The translations under genes and the position numbers were made by a program. DNA of 64,000 bases from Nageia nagi (lineage: Eukaryota > Plantae > Pinophyta), in the NCBI GenBank assembly GCA_050084985.1, contig JBITNC010000001.1, positions 3,968,001 to 4,032,000 of the forward strand, given 5' to 3'. Shown piece by piece: positions 1 to 13,361 of this stretch; positions within the stretch are counted from its first letter, which is position 1; the number at the start of each line of letters is the position of its first letter. A model generated the notes under the pieces. That model saw only the letters and a program-made list of their open reading frames with translations, made no database searches and had not been told where the DNA came from.

Positions 1-1035
1 TCTCTTAAGTAGTCATGTTAGTGTGTTGTAGTTTGGAGATCCTGAGTTGTGGGTATCCCAACGAGTCCTAGTGTCCCAAGAGAGTTGTCGTGCTTACGCC
101 ACCTCAGGGAGGGCCCCACAACTCAATGTTGGCTTACTGGGCTTCTAGGAACACCATGTTGGCACTTCAGGTTGACTGGGACCCCACGTTTGCATTACTG
201 GACCTTATGTTGCTGCGTTGGCATCCGAGGACATCATAATGGTGCGTTAAGTCATTGGGCCCCTCTAGTTGCTCAACGTTGAATTAGAAGGCTTATGGAT
301 GACTTCGAGGTGAACTATTGACTGGAGCTTGTAAATACTTGAGGGGAGCTCATTTGGACATATACGAATTATTGTTATTGCTACTCTTTTTCCACGGGAT
401 TTGTTCGTACTTGGCGGTGCCGAGTAATCTTTCCTAGGCAGAGTGTCTAGGGGGCAGCTGGGTTGAGGGATCCTAGTTGTCTACGGCATAGGTGGAACAC
501 CTTGACCATCCGGTGGAATCCGAGGGTTTGTTCCTTCCATTCAGTTGGATATCCAGTGTTCGTGGAGAGCCCCTTCGGTGGGGAGGAGACGAAGGCTGAG
601 GGAGTGAATCTGTCCCATTGGGAAGCCTACAGTTGCCTATTGGCTGATTGTATGATTTGTATTGCTCATCAACAATAATATATATATTTGGAGGCTTTGG
701 GATCTCATTAAATATTACTTAATTGTCTCGTATGTGCATGTGTTGGATGTGTATGCTTGTTTATGTTGATTTTCCAGTGTTTGTGAATGAGCTAGCCTTG
801 TAGTCTACTATTGCATGCATTTATGAGTTGCTGGGAGCAACGACAACTTGAGAGGGCTGACATCAAGGGTGAGGGGGCTTTGGATGCCCTAGGAGACCAA
901 CGTCTGGCTTGGGGAGTGTTTGGGTGCCCGGGAGACCTCATGTGAGTGGAGAAGGAGCTTGGGAGCCCTAGAGGTTCAACCCTAGTTGGATTTAAAGTCT
1001 GCAATTTGGCACGGGTGTTCATTTGGAACATTACA
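1..1035 (+). repeat. 5' LTR (partial)
   Basis: Ends GGAACATTACA, followed by a PBS; closely matches 4395-5359 from about position 100 onward. Confidence 0.92.
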
Positions 1036-1037
1036 AG

Positions 1038-1049
1038 TGGTGTCAAAGC
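1038..1049 (+). promoter_or_regulatory. Primer binding site, tRNA-iMet type
   Basis: TGGTGTCAAAGC versus canonical TGGTATCAGAGC, 2 nt after the LTR. Confidence 0.85.
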
Positions 1050-2169
1050 TTGGATCTGGGTAGCCTGTGTATGAAACCTAGAATCCACAAGTATTATATC
1101 AGATCTAGCGCCAGAAGGGAGATGGCATTTGGTAGGAAGAGCGAAAGATCAACGGTTGGAGAAGCGTCGGAGAGGGTGGCACATGAGGAGGATAGGCAAC
1201 CATGGACGGTGGACCTCCAAACAATTGAGCCGTATGGAGATGAGAGGGAGGCTCATGAGGTGTTAGAAGGTAGATGGAGATCTGAGGAAAGAACGAGACC
1301 ATGGATAGTAGATCCGTAGGAGATAGAGCCGTTTAGGAGTGAGAGGGAGGCTCGTGAGATTTTGGAGGAGAGGCCAAGATCTAGAGGGAGGCGGAATGCA
1401 ACACTGGTTCGGGGCTTCACCTCGGAACGAAGATTTGAGGAAATGATCTCGACCATTAATAATATGACCGAAGCTATGTATGCCATGTATAGGCAGATTG
1501 AGTGGCGTTGGGGTGGTTTTGAGGTGGAAATGGAGCCACAACGCCAAGTTAGGCGAGATTCGGGAGGTGTGCAACAAGATCGGGGTGAAAGGGAAACCCC
1601 ACGGCAAGCAAAGAGGGGTGAGGAGCATTCGCGTTGGGGCCAAGATGAGGACAACTTACAACAAGCCAGGAATGGCCAACATGCATTACGTCTAGCTAGA
1701 GGAGGCAGGGAGCCCCCACGTCTGGACCAGGAGGGCTGTGAGGACGCATGGGAAGAAGATTGGGAGGATTTGGAGCATAGTCTAAGGAGATCCCGGAGCT
1801 TTAGAGATCAGGAATCCACCCACCATGGGTCGTTGGGACAGCCGAAGTCCAATTTTGTGAGATCCACTCCTATCAATTGCAACAAAGTACAAACCCTCTC
1901 CTAGGGTGCTACCTGGAGGACGATGTGGGTTGGATGGAAGATCAGCCAATCATACCTAGGCCATCCAAGCCTATGTTTCGCGCAGAGGACCCAGGAGGTG
2001 GCCAAAGATAGGGTTTCTAGCCCTTTGGGGTTGAACGGCTATTCAAAGAGTATTCACAGTTGGATCTGGGGTTGAGGCGAGACGTCAACTTCAACGGCTA
2101 TTTGGAGCTGCTGGGGTTAAAGAGGGCAAGCTCACACGGGTTGCGACATGCCGTAGTGCAGGGTATGAG

Positions 2170-3400
2170 AGGAGAGATCTGTAGCACCGAGTCAACAAGA
2201 TGCAAATCCCGATGTTTGATGGTGTGAAGATGACAGCTAGGGCATGATTGCACCAGTTGTAGACATACTTTACTCTAAACTGTAGTATGGTTGAGGAGGA
2301 CGTAGTGCATTTTGCATTACTACACTTGGAGGGAGATGCGCTGGAGTGGTGGCGGCATTGATGGTGAGTCAAGGATACTCACTCATCACCACTTTTGATG
2401 AGTTCGCCAGGAGGGTTGTGATGAGGTTTGATCGGAAGAGGGAGGATGATTACTTCTGGGATCTTATTACACTGAGGTAGTCAAGGAGTGTGGATGAGTT
2501 TGTGATGGAGTTCCAACGGTTTGCTGTCATGACTCATCATTTGCCTGAGGAGCGGCTGGTTTTCATTTTCATCGAGGGATTAAAGGAGCCGCTCATGGGG
2601 ATGGTGAAGGTGTCCTCTTTGAGGAGCCTAGACGATGCTATCTAGGTAGCCTATGAATTGGAGCCCACTGTGAAGTCCCTCAAGGGGGGATCGGGATCCA
2701 AGGGATGCTTTAGCCAGAAGCCGTTTTTAGAACGGCCTAGTAAGGCTAAGGTAGCACCTCCGCCCAAGCCAGAGCAGTTGGATTTAGCCACTCGGAGGAA
2801 GCTGAGGGAGGAGGGGAAGTGCTTCTTTTTCAAGAAGCCTTGGGAGCCAGGTCATTGTTACATGGGAAAAGGGCAAGCTCATTACATAGAAATGCTCTCA
2901 GGAGGTGAATCGGACAATTCAAATCTAGAGATAGGAGCTGATACAGGTGGTTTTGGATCACCTAGAGTGGCAAGCACACTTGGAAGCATGATAGCTTCTT
3001 TGCATGGGGTGAAGAAGTATCTAACACTAAAGGTAATTGGACAAGCAGGAGGCCAAGATGTCATGGTCTTGGTTGATCTAGGTGCCTCACATAACTTCAT
3101 AGACGCTGGCTTTGTGGAGAAAAAGGGAATGAGGACTAAGGCATTTAAGGGGTTCAGAGTTTCCAATGCCAATGGAGAGCTCACTCTGGTGGATCATATT
3201 GTGGAGCGGTTTGGTGTGAGACTGCATAGTTGTGTGGTATGGCAGGACTTCAATCTATATCCACTCAAAGGTCATCCACACATTATCTTGGGTGTGTAAT
3301 GGTTATTCGATCTTGGAGATATCCACACAAATTACCAAAAGCTCCCCATGAGATTGATGGAAAGACTAACACGTTGCAAGGGATTAGGGATTATTGCCCT
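2170..3400 (+). pseudogene. Decayed gag and aspartic protease
   Basis: Gag-like FALLHLEGDALEWW, degenerate zinc knuckle CFFFKKPWEPGHC, protease motif VLVDLGASHNFI; several in-frame stops. Confidence 0.88.
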
Positions 3401-4243
3401 CAGGTGGACAACAAGAGATTGAAGGTGATTGGGTGGTGCCAAGAAAAGGAAGAAGTTGAGGAAGGGATTAGGCAACATTCAGAGGAGCTGAGAGGGGTCA
3501 CGAAGGGCCATGAAGGAGCGAATTCCTATGTTGTGCACATTGGAGACTTGTTTTTCAACGTTGGACACCTGGAAGACCCATATTGCCATAAGGGGTCGTA
3601 GAGGAGTTGGAGATCCCATGTTAGCCATGCTGGAGACAGGACAACCCACGTTGGCATTGCAGGGAATTAGAGACCCCAAGTTGGCCAAACCAGTGGCAGG
3701 AGATCCCACATCAGTCATTCTGGGAGTTTGTTTGCCAACGTTGAGCTATAGGGAGGCTAGTCATGCCACGTTGTGGTGCAGGGAGGCTTGGTTGAGTACG
3801 AGGAACTATTTGGATGAGGTGCACCTCACGTTGAGCTAAACGGATGATTGGAGTGAAGGTTGGAGCCTAAGAAGACTCATGCATTTCTCCATGCATGTGG
3901 GAGGAGGAGTTTGGTTGTTGCTGAGTCAGGGGACAGTTTGGCTCATGATGTTGGGAGTTAGGAAGCTCCAATATGTGTTGATGACCGCCAGGAGAGTTGA
4001 GGTTGTATGGAGTGGAGATTGGGTACACATAGGGAGCATGAGCTCCATTGGTTTCTTCTGACTTTGGTTTCAATGGTTGCAAGTACTCCATCATCATTGT
4101 CAGAGTTCCAATACTATCTACCTCCTAAATGAAGACCCTCAGTTTGGTGATGACGGGATATCATCATCAAAGGATTCTTGGAAGACAGCATGTTGCAATC
4201 TTCCATTATTGCTTGGGGACAAGCAATCTTAGGAGGGAGACTT

Positions 4244-5359
4244 TGTGATATCCCTTTTGTACTATAGTGCCAAATTGTATTTGTCAAGCAAATATCTTAG
4301 AGATATCCCTTGTAGGTGGTCATGTTCATGTTGTAGCTTAAGACAAGAGACATACTGGGTCATGTGGACCACACTTGGGTCGTCATGCTTGCACACCTCA
4401 GGGAGGGCCCCACACCTCAACATTGGCTTACTGGGCTTCCAGGAACACCATGTTGGCACTTCAGGTTGATTGGGACCCCATGTTGGCATTACTGGACCTT
4501 ATGTTGCTGTGTTGGCATCCCAGGACATCATAATGGTGCGTTAAGTCATTGGGCCCCTCCAGATGCTTAACGTTGGATTAGAAGGCTTATGGATGATTAT
4601 TGACTGGAGCTTATAATTACTCGAGGGGAGCTCATTTTGACATATACAAATTATTGTTATTGCTATTGCTACTCTTTGTCCACGAGACTTGTCTGTACTT
4701 GACGGTGCTGACTAATCTTTGGTAGGCGGAGCATCTAGAAGGCAACTAGGTTGAGGGATCCTAGTTGTCTACGGCATAGGTGGAGCACCTTGCCATCTCG
4801 TGGAATCCGAGGGTTTGTTCCTTCCATTTAGTTGGACATCCAATGTTCGTGGAGAGCCCCTTCGGTGGGGAGGAGATGGAGGCTGAGGGAGCGAATCTGT
4901 CCCATAGATTTGTTATTGTGATTGTATATCCGAATTGGCTTGGGAAGCCTACAGTTGCCTAGTGGCTGATTGTATGATTTGTATTGCTCATCAACAATAA
5001 TATATATATATCCGAAGGCTTTGGGATTTCATTGAATATTGCTTAATTATCTTGTATGTGCATGTGTTGGATGTGTATACTTGTTTATATTGATTTTCCA
5101 GTGTTTGTGAATGAGCTAGCCTTGTAGTCTACTATTGCATGCATTTATGAGTTGCTGGGAGCAACGATAGCTTGAGAGGGTTGTTGTCAGGCATGAAGGG
5201 GCCTTGGATGCCCTAGGAGCCCAACATCTGGCTTGGGGAGTGTTTGGGTGCCCAGGAGACCCCACGTGAGTGGAGAAGGAGCTTGGGAGCTCTAGAGGTT
5301 CAACCCTAGTTGGATTTAAAGTCTGCAATTTGGCATGGGTGTTCATTTGGAACATTATA
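4244..5359 (+). repeat. 3' LTR
   Basis: Starts TGTGATATCCC right after the PPT; ends GGAACATTATA (CA mutated to TA). Confidence 0.9.
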
Positions 5360-5384
5360 GACTGCTAGTGGGACCTTGGAGTCT

Positions 5385-8012
5385 TGTAATGTCTCCAATT
5401 TGGGACATCTAGATGATACTCCTCGTGCCTATTCATTGTGACTTTTAATACTTAGACTAGGAGTGATTTATTTGTCAAATTATGTATTTTTCATATTCAT
5501 ATTTGTGCCTCAAGAAGGGTGAATTATGCATTTAATTAGGCCAATAAAAAGGGCCATTATGATGAAATATAACCCCACGTCCAAGTCTCAATCCTCACAC
5601 CACATGGAAGAGCAACTCGGTTGAGTTTTATGATAGGTTATTGAGCATGTTTTCATCCCTTGGGTCTCTACTCAGTTTGGGGTATAAAAAGGTGAAGCAT
5701 CTTGCCCAAAAATTGCTCCACACAAAAAATAATTGAGACAGCAGTACTCTTGAAGGTTGCAGCAGTGATGACAAAAAGGGAGAAAGACCAAAAACCATCA
5801 CCACTAGCATGGTACAGCCCAAGCAACGTCTCAGATTAGTATGAAAGTCTTATAAAAGATGAGGAGCAAAACTCGAACATCAAACATAGTATTTTTGGCC
5901 CCCGTCCCGCCCACCCCAAGGAATGTTTCACATGATAGCAAAAGGCACATTTGAGACCAACACATACTCAAATTTTGGACAGCAAGATATGATGTTTTCA
6001 AGAAGGTATGACAGTCCTCTTCATATTTGTAACAACCATACACTTTCTTGTATTCCTTCATAATGGATTGCAAAGGTAAAGGACATATTTGTGGTTGATA
6101 TACACTTAAGTTTGGTGCAGCCAAACGCAAGATTTCAAAACATGGCACTACAATGCCATACCCATGGAAACCAAGTCACAATGAAAGGGGACAAACAGAT
6201 GCATTTTGAGATCCATATGACTACTTTGGTTGGCACCCTTGGAGTCATTAATAGAGTTATGATTTACACCTTGTTCGATACAATTCACAACATGCCAATG
6301 GGGGAACAGCAGCAAGAAAGAGCTCACTTGATACTTCATATAACAGCATGTATTAATCTTGATGTTGCCAAACAAGATACAAATTTACAAACATTTCTAT
6401 ATGATTTTGGTACAAACAAGTACGTTTCAGTTTGGGAGATTGGTTTGAAGACTGATGTGTTCCAAAGGACGGAGTTTGTGGACTCAAAAATCAGTCCACT
6501 ATTGACTGATGTATGCCTAGTTGTGGTTGGGAACAACCCTTCCAAATTCAATTCAGTTTGTACAAGGGATATAGCATCAAGTCCCAATGAAGAAAAAGCA
6601 TTTGGGAAGTATTTGAGCAACAATGCAGCTGTTAAAATAAGTCAAACCAGTACCTTATTAGTTGTGATTTGCCACAATTTTGGAGCAAAAAAGCATTGGG
6701 ATCAGTTTGGAAGCAAAGTACAGAGATGGAGGTTTAGAAGGCATTCACCATCAACAACATTTCTTGCCTCTACTTGTTAGGACAGCCGTCTCCATGATTG
6801 CATCCTTGTGATATAATCAAGTGGCTGTTTTGTAGTTTATTTGGATAGTTAGCACAATTGGAGGATGGCCATGGAATCAAGTATCACTTAGGACATTTGG
6901 AGAATTTTGTACACTTGAAGACCATACAAGAAAAAAAATGCCATTTTGGGATGCATTTGGAATTGCTTGAGGGCAAGCAATTTGAGGAGGGAGGACTTGG
7001 AATGTCCCCAATTTGGGACGTCTAGATGCCACCCCTCATGCCTATTCATTGCGATTTTTAATACTTAGACTAGGAGTGATTTGTTTGTCAAATTATGTAT
7101 TTTTCATATTTATATTTGTGCCTCAAAAAGGGCAAATTATGAATTTAATTAGGCCAATAAAAAAGGCCATTATGATGAAATATAACCCCACGTCCAAGTC
7201 GGCCATGCTAAGGAGGTTTGGGGCTATTTAATATTTTATTATTTCTTCCCTCCTAGTTGGCTGCCTTTTGGGGACATATTTGCAAGCTTGAACATCTATA
7301 AAGGCAAGACATTAGCTCACTTGAAGACATCATCATTGTGCATTCGATCTTGGATCATCTTGGTGTTGGGATGCTTCCTCACTCTTCCTTCTAAGGACTA
7401 GGGCTGCTCTCTAGCCTAGAAGTGGCCTATCTACACTCATACTCACTTGGAGAGCTTGCGCCAACCTTAAGAAGCCATCTAGAGTCTTGCGGCATCCATT
7501 ATTGCCACTTGGGAGCTTGCGCCAACCATTTGGAGTCATCTTGTTGTACCAAGTTTGAGGGTCTTCTTGGGATGTGCGCCAAACCTTGAGGAGTCTTGGT
7601 TGAGCTACATTGAGTCTTGGACTTTGCCCTAGAATTTTTACGAGCTTGTTACAACCCTATACTTATTCTTGTTTTATTATTCATGATATTGGCTCTCATA
7701 ATGCATCTTGAATGTGAATGAATGTTCCTTTATTTTTGCTATTCTATTATCATTTGTTGTGTATGGGAATGAATGTGGATTAGAGTATTTTTGAGCTATA
7801 TTTCTGTTATGTTATAGATCTGAAGTTGTGGCCTAGTTTGGTCATTCTCACATGTTATATGAGCATTATATCAGATCTGGTTTTTTTCTGTTACAATTCA
7901 ATCTTAAGTGCATGTTTGGATGGTTAATGAGCATTTACTAGTGTGCCCTAATTGTTGAATGAATACGGAATTGTGTTGGGAAGTTGTGCTTGTTTTAGAA
8001 AGGTACATTACA
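5385..8012 (+). mobile_element. Internally deleted non-autonomous gypsy element: truncated 5' LTR 5385-5587, full 3' LTR 6998-8012
   Basis: TGTAAT...ATTACA termini; TSD AGTCT at 5380-5384 and 8013-8017; 5385-5587 matches 6998-7200; PPT GAGGAGGGAGGA at 6984-6995. Confidence 0.9.
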
Positions 8013-9190
8013 AGTCTTTGCCACAACTTGAGGAGGTGGGAGTCCTAAAGCAAACCTTGCCACTGTTGAGGATTATTTGAAGCCTTGGTGCTTCTTTGTT
8101 GGAAAAGTCATAAATATCTATAAGGAATCATCCCTAGGGCACAATTGCTTTGAAAACTAAGGTATGCAATTCGGTTCTTATTTGCAATAATATTTGAATT
8201 ACATTTGTGGCTCCATTTACTTGTGTTATTTCATGAGATCTTGCCCTAGTTACCATAATGTTGCATTTTGAGGGTTCATTTTTGAGTTTGTGCACTTTGC
8301 TACTGGACGTTGGGTCATTTGCTTGAGATCTTGCATCATTGGCCTAGATGTTGGATTTGTGAATGTTAATTTATGTCATTCTGCCATAACAACTTGGACG
8401 TTGAGCTTGCATGAGAAATTTGCACAATTTTAAGCATTGTGAATGAGATTTGGCATTATTGGCTCAGATGTTGGGTTTCAAGCATTAAAAAATTGCACTT
8501 AATGTTGGACATTTATATTTTTTGAGCATAATAAATAGGGCATTTTGGGTATTTGAAGTGCTTGAACAGTTTAATGATGAATTTGGGTGAATTTTAGTAA
8601 TTGTTATGAGCCCTATTTGGGCAATTTCGAATCAGCCCTAGTTCGGAATATTTCACTATTGCATGTACAACTTAGTTCTCTTATTAATGAAATTTGGAGT
8701 TTGATCATGGCCTTCAATACTGTTAGATTACTAAAAAATGGATATGATGAAATTAAATAATCAAATATCAATGAAATGGTTAGGAAACATTTTTCAAAGG
8801 TAAATTTCCCCTTAAGCTTATACTCTGAAGTCAACTTTTACCCTTATGTTTCAAGATTACTAAAATCTCTTATAGATTGTATGTTGGTGAGAGGGTAGAG
8901 ATTAGCTTCTAAAAAAATTCAATGTCAATAATATTTAATTAAGTCATTTAAATTTTTTAATAAGTTTGTATTATTATTTTGCATTTGTTGTTATTTATTA
9001 TCATAAATTTGATTATAACAATTCAAAAGATTAAAAAAAAATATTTTTAAGGAAATATGATAAATAATTTAATAATAAAAGTGTATTTAAATACTTTCTA
9101 AATAAGTACATATATGGCCTCTTTCATGGTTTGTGTGGTGATTCATGCGCGAAGGGTTTTGAGCGGCGAAGTCCTGACTTCTGATCAGAT

Positions 9191-11917
9191 ATGAATCCTT
9201 TGGATTGGATCGCTTGGGCAAGGGGTGGTGGTTTAGCTGGGCTACGATCACCAATGCCAAGGTAAATGATGGAGGAGCCTAGGAGATCCTTGCGTAGCTT
9301 CTTCTCACAAGAGGCTACGGTTGACACAAGTCCCCCTCTCAAGGCTGAAAGGAAGGGGGGGAAGATATGTATGAGAGTTTCAAATGCTATTATTGTTGGC
9401 CTATGGTGTTGTCATTGTTGTCAAAGTGATTGATGATCTAAGATGCTACCATTGAGATGTTACCATTGCTATCCATAACACACTATCCCACAATGCCAAA
9501 GGTGAACAAGTCTTTCAGTGTTGAATGATAATTCTTGTTGAAGTTATTCTATGTACTAGTAATGAGGTGTTAAGTGTATTTTGTTAGTATGTCAATTGCA
9601 TCCATTTTATGTAAAAGCTCTTGCAAGAAGTATGCTAGAACCTGAAGATTTGAATTCGGGCATGTAAAAGATTTGCCAAGTGTCTAAGAGATGTACAACA
9701 AGGTTTGCTAATTGTTGAGCAAGATACTGTCATTTTTGTCAACACACTTTGTTAGGCATGTACTGGTGAATTTATTATATAGTTATCATGATGTTATAAG
9801 TGGTTCACTTGAAGTTGTTTGATTCTTGTATTTAATATATCAAATACTATTTGAGAATTTTTTGGATGCGTTGGTTGGTTGCAAGGAAGATGATAGTAAG
9901 TGGAATTATTTGAGAAAATATCAATCATCTTTGGAAAGGCATAACTTTTGATAGGTGCATCTAATTGAGTTGATTATTTCTTCATTAGATAGCCCTCGAA
10001 GATACCTTTCCAACAAATATATATTTATGCCTACCTTTCATAAATATTTGACCTTCATTTAAGTGATTTTGGTTAGGGGGCATTTAGGAGGCTCGTTAGC
10101 GCAGGGGGCATTTTGGAGGCTAGATTACGTTTTTCTTGCTTTAAAAGGTGATAAAAGCAAGGGTTTGTCTTTAGGGTGTGAGAGATGGTTGGATCCAAGA
10201 AGTATATGAGTGTGCAGGGTGTTGAAGATTGCAAAGATTGAGATCATCAGTGTGCAAAGTATGAGTTTGTTTGTATGTAGGGTTTGAGAAGATTGTAGAG
10301 TTTGGACGGAAGCATTCAGATAAAGAGTTTCATGAACTAGACTATTCAAGGTCTTTTGACAAGGTTTAATTATCTTCATCAAAGATTTATGATTTTCCAG
10401 TTGATGCAGGTAGATCAGGGGTTGGTGCTCCTTCCAGTGGGTGTTGGTAAATTGTTTGTAAAATTGGTGCTTTACATTTTACAAAGGCTGGATTTGGATG
10501 GAATTCCAAGCAGTCATTTTCGGGGATGTGGCCAAATTGGTGAACCTTTTTATATCCTGTGTTGTGTGATGCTTCCTTGGTGTACTTGTTTTTGTTCTGG
10601 TTTTAGTTTTCTATTGCATTATTTCAAGTACTCTAAGTTTGAGTTTTAAAGTTGAAGACACTGATTCACCCCGCCTCAAAGTGTCATTGTGTGACTAACA
10701 ATTATCAACCAGTTTGCGGATAGAGGAAGATTCAATTTGGTTTGCAGGCTCCATGGTGCAAGACTAGATATTGAATCTGTTCGAAAAAGGGCTAAGGTGA
10801 AATGGAAAATCAAAGGACAAGTAAAGATTATCGCTATGCCCAATGATTACCTTATGTTTTTCTTCGCTAATGCAAATGATTGAGATTATGTCTTTACTCA
10901 ACCATGGTTTTATGGAAAGTGAGGATTATCCTTGGAGAAATGGCAACTAGGGTTCAATCTTGCCAAGGCCAAACTAATGAATGCTCCAATTTGGGTCATT
11001 CTTCCGCACTTGCCCTTTGAATTCTGGCAGTAGAAAGTTTTTGAAGGAATGGCAAGGTCTTTTGGAAAATTCATTACAGTGGATGAAGTCACAAAAGCTT
11101 GCAAAAGACTCATAGATGCAAGATTCTGTGTCATGGTTGAATATGGGGTCAAGCTACCAAAGATTGTCATGGACTTAGGAGAGTGGGTTCAGGAGCTGCA
11201 ATTTGAAAGAATCAATTATCTATGCTCAATATGTGATCAGTTTGGACATAACAATAAGTCATGTCTTGCCCAACAAGTATGGTGACCAAAACTACATCAA
11301 AATGGGGCGTGTGGGAAACTAGTGTTGGCAATCGATATTAATAAGGACACAAAAATCAGTGAGGCTGCACCTAATCGAAGTAGTAATGATAATCAGAATG
11401 TGTTGAATGGAGATGACAAAACAAGCAAAGATGCGACCAATATTGATAAGGCACCCATCTTAGATTCAGCTTCTGAATCCCTAGTTTTGGTGACCGTAGC
11501 TGATGGAGTTGGTGTACTTGATGTGGCTCGTTAATTGTAGACAGCTGCATTAATAATGAGCCTGCCCATGATTCAATTACCATTGAAGAAAACGTAGAAA
11601 ATAATGTTCACAAGAAAGGCATCATGGAAAAACAGCTATTAAATGATGACGACTGGAAACAAGTAACTCTTAGAAAGAGACGAAAAAATTCCCCTTCAGA
11701 AAACATATCTGACTTTGATGAAAATCAAAGCCTTAGAGGTAACTGTAGAATCACAAGGAGCGTTTCAAAAAAGCCTGATCTTGGAAAAAGGCATGTTGGG
11801 TGATCGAGTGAGGGAGAGATCAGAGAAAAAGAAATTGCTAGAGAAGTTGCTGATGACAAGCAACCAACAATAGATGATTTGGAGAGAGGGTTTCTTTTGA
11901 AGCAAGGAAAGAAATGA
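9191..11917 (+). pseudogene. Plant L1 ORF1 (DUF4283-like domain plus CCHC zinc knuckle)
   Basis: Frame rejoins after removing 9394-10705 (..MRVSNAI|INQFADRGRFNLVCRL..); QPWFYG, APIWVILPHLPFEFW and CSICDQFGHNNKSC motifs; several stops. Confidence 0.88.
9394..10700 (+). mobile_element. Solo LTR, 1307 bp, probably copia (SIRE-like 3' end)
   Basis: TGTTG...TAACA termini; TSD ATTAT at 9389-9393 and 10701-10705; ATTCACCCC motif near the 3' end. Confidence 0.88.
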
Positions 11918-12870
11918 GGTTCTCCTAGAAGACCTTAGATTGCAACGCTACGATTGTGGTAGCTGAATTGCTCAGGATTAGTTTATGTATAAAATTGGGT
12001 CCAATTGGTGGATACCATGTAGGTTATTGAATGAACATCTTGTTCTGTATAACATAAACAGTGGCAGGATGTTGCTGATATTGTTACAAATTTGTTGTTA
12101 CAGGTTTTGGGTACCTATATAAAACCTCCCCTCAATTTACCAAATGGCCTTTTTTTGGTCATGACCAAACAACAAAAAATAAGTACATATATATTGTACA
12201 ATCATATTTAATATTAGATGTTATAATTAATTTAAATATTTTAAATATAATTAATTTAAATATATAAGATAATGCACTACCATGAAAAGAAATAAGATAA
12301 ATATCTAGATTTTGATACCTTTCTAACATTTTTCAAATATATATTTAATATATTTGCATTTTTTAAATATATATTTAAAATATGTAAACCAGTAGTATAC
12401 CCAACCATGAATATTGTATTATATTATAGTATTTCATATTGTATGGCTATTGTATTGTAGTAATTCATTTGAATTCAGTGCATGCATGCATGTAGAGATA
12501 TAATGAATGAAATAGAAACTGTTTTCAGTACATTCTATTGTCAATTTTGCTTTCAGCTTTTTTGTAGTTATCAAATGCATTGACCGAAAATTAAGTAAAA
12601 CAACATGAAACTCAATATAATGAGCACAATGAAATATAGTAGGAGGAATTTTTTCAAACAGTAGCAAGGTTCACAGCCTATGGAAGACTCGTATTGCTAC
12701 TGTGATCCTTTTAGCAACATGACATCAAAATATGAATTGTCAAAATGTCAAGATATTCCACTGCATTTTGAATTGTTGTATGGTAACAGGAATATGATTA
12801 TGCCATCACAACTACATGTCAATTTTAATAAGAAAACAGATGACATATGATATTGATTTAACTATTGCAG

Positions 12871-12964
12871 GCCTTTGCAACCTCAAGGATTAGCAGAAAC
12901 CATTTGTGGTTCACCTCTGTACATGGCCCCAGAGATCATGCAATGTCACAAGTATGATGCAAAG
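12871..12964 (+). CDS. ATG1: ATG1-type Ser/Thr kinase, internal exon (activation loop)
   Basis: AG/GT bounded; encodes (R)[31 protein letters not shown], the plant ATG1 signature. Confidence 0.93.
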
Positions 12965-13048
12965 GTGATCTATTTTAATCAAACTCTTAGTATATTTGTT
13001 TTTCCAAAGTCTCATAAATTTGTTAAAAATATTGTAAGTTGTCTTCAG

Positions 13049-13129
13049 GCAGATCTTTGGAGTGTTGGTACAATTCTCTATCAGCTTCTGACTGGAAAGA
13101 CACCATTTTCTGGGAATAACCAATATCAG
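13049..13129 (+). CDS. ATG1: ATG1-type kinase, internal exon (subdomain IX)
   Basis: AG/GT bounded, 81 bp, in frame with the previous exon; [27 protein letters not shown]. Confidence 0.93.
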
Positions 13130-13252
13130 GTCTAGCCGAGGATGTTCACAAATTTAATTCTTTCCTCTACAATTTATTTGGATAATCAGATATGTATGAT
13201 CTATAAATTGTTCTCCATATTTACAAGTGTTTCTAATGTACTTGGTCTTCAG

Positions 13253-13361
13253 CTGCTGCACAACATTCTAAAATCAAATGAGATTTCATTTCCACCAGAT
13301 TTAGGAACCTTGGATCCAAACTGCATTGACTTATGCCGTAAATTGCTACGCCGAAATTCAG
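13253..13361 (+). CDS. ATG1: ATG1-type kinase, internal exon (subdomains X-XI)
   Basis: AG/GT bounded, 109 bp; LLHNILKSNEISFPPDLGTLDPNCIDLCRKLLRRNS. Confidence 0.9.

Larger units (their letters stand above)
1..5359 (+). mobile_element. Non-autonomous Ty3/gypsy (chromovirus-like) LTR retrotransposon: gag + protease, no RT/RNaseH/integrase
   Basis: Matching LTRs (1-1035, cut by the window edge; 4244-5359), PBS at 1038, PPT AGGAGGGAGA at 4231-4240, gag and protease remnants inside. Confidence 0.92.
9116..12176 (+). mobile_element. L1-type LINE carrying ORF1 only, interrupted by a solo LTR
   Basis: 16-bp TSD AAATAAGTACATATAT at 9100-9115 and 12177-12192; A-rich 3' end; ORF1 present, no endonuclease/RT. 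Confidence 0.85.

Noticed and set aside
8018-9099. Possible older LTR with degenerate repeats
   Set aside because: No termini, TSD, PBS or PPT identified.
12640-12675. Possible upstream ATG1 exon ending GCAAG|GT
   Set aside because: The preceding sequence does not encode DFGF.
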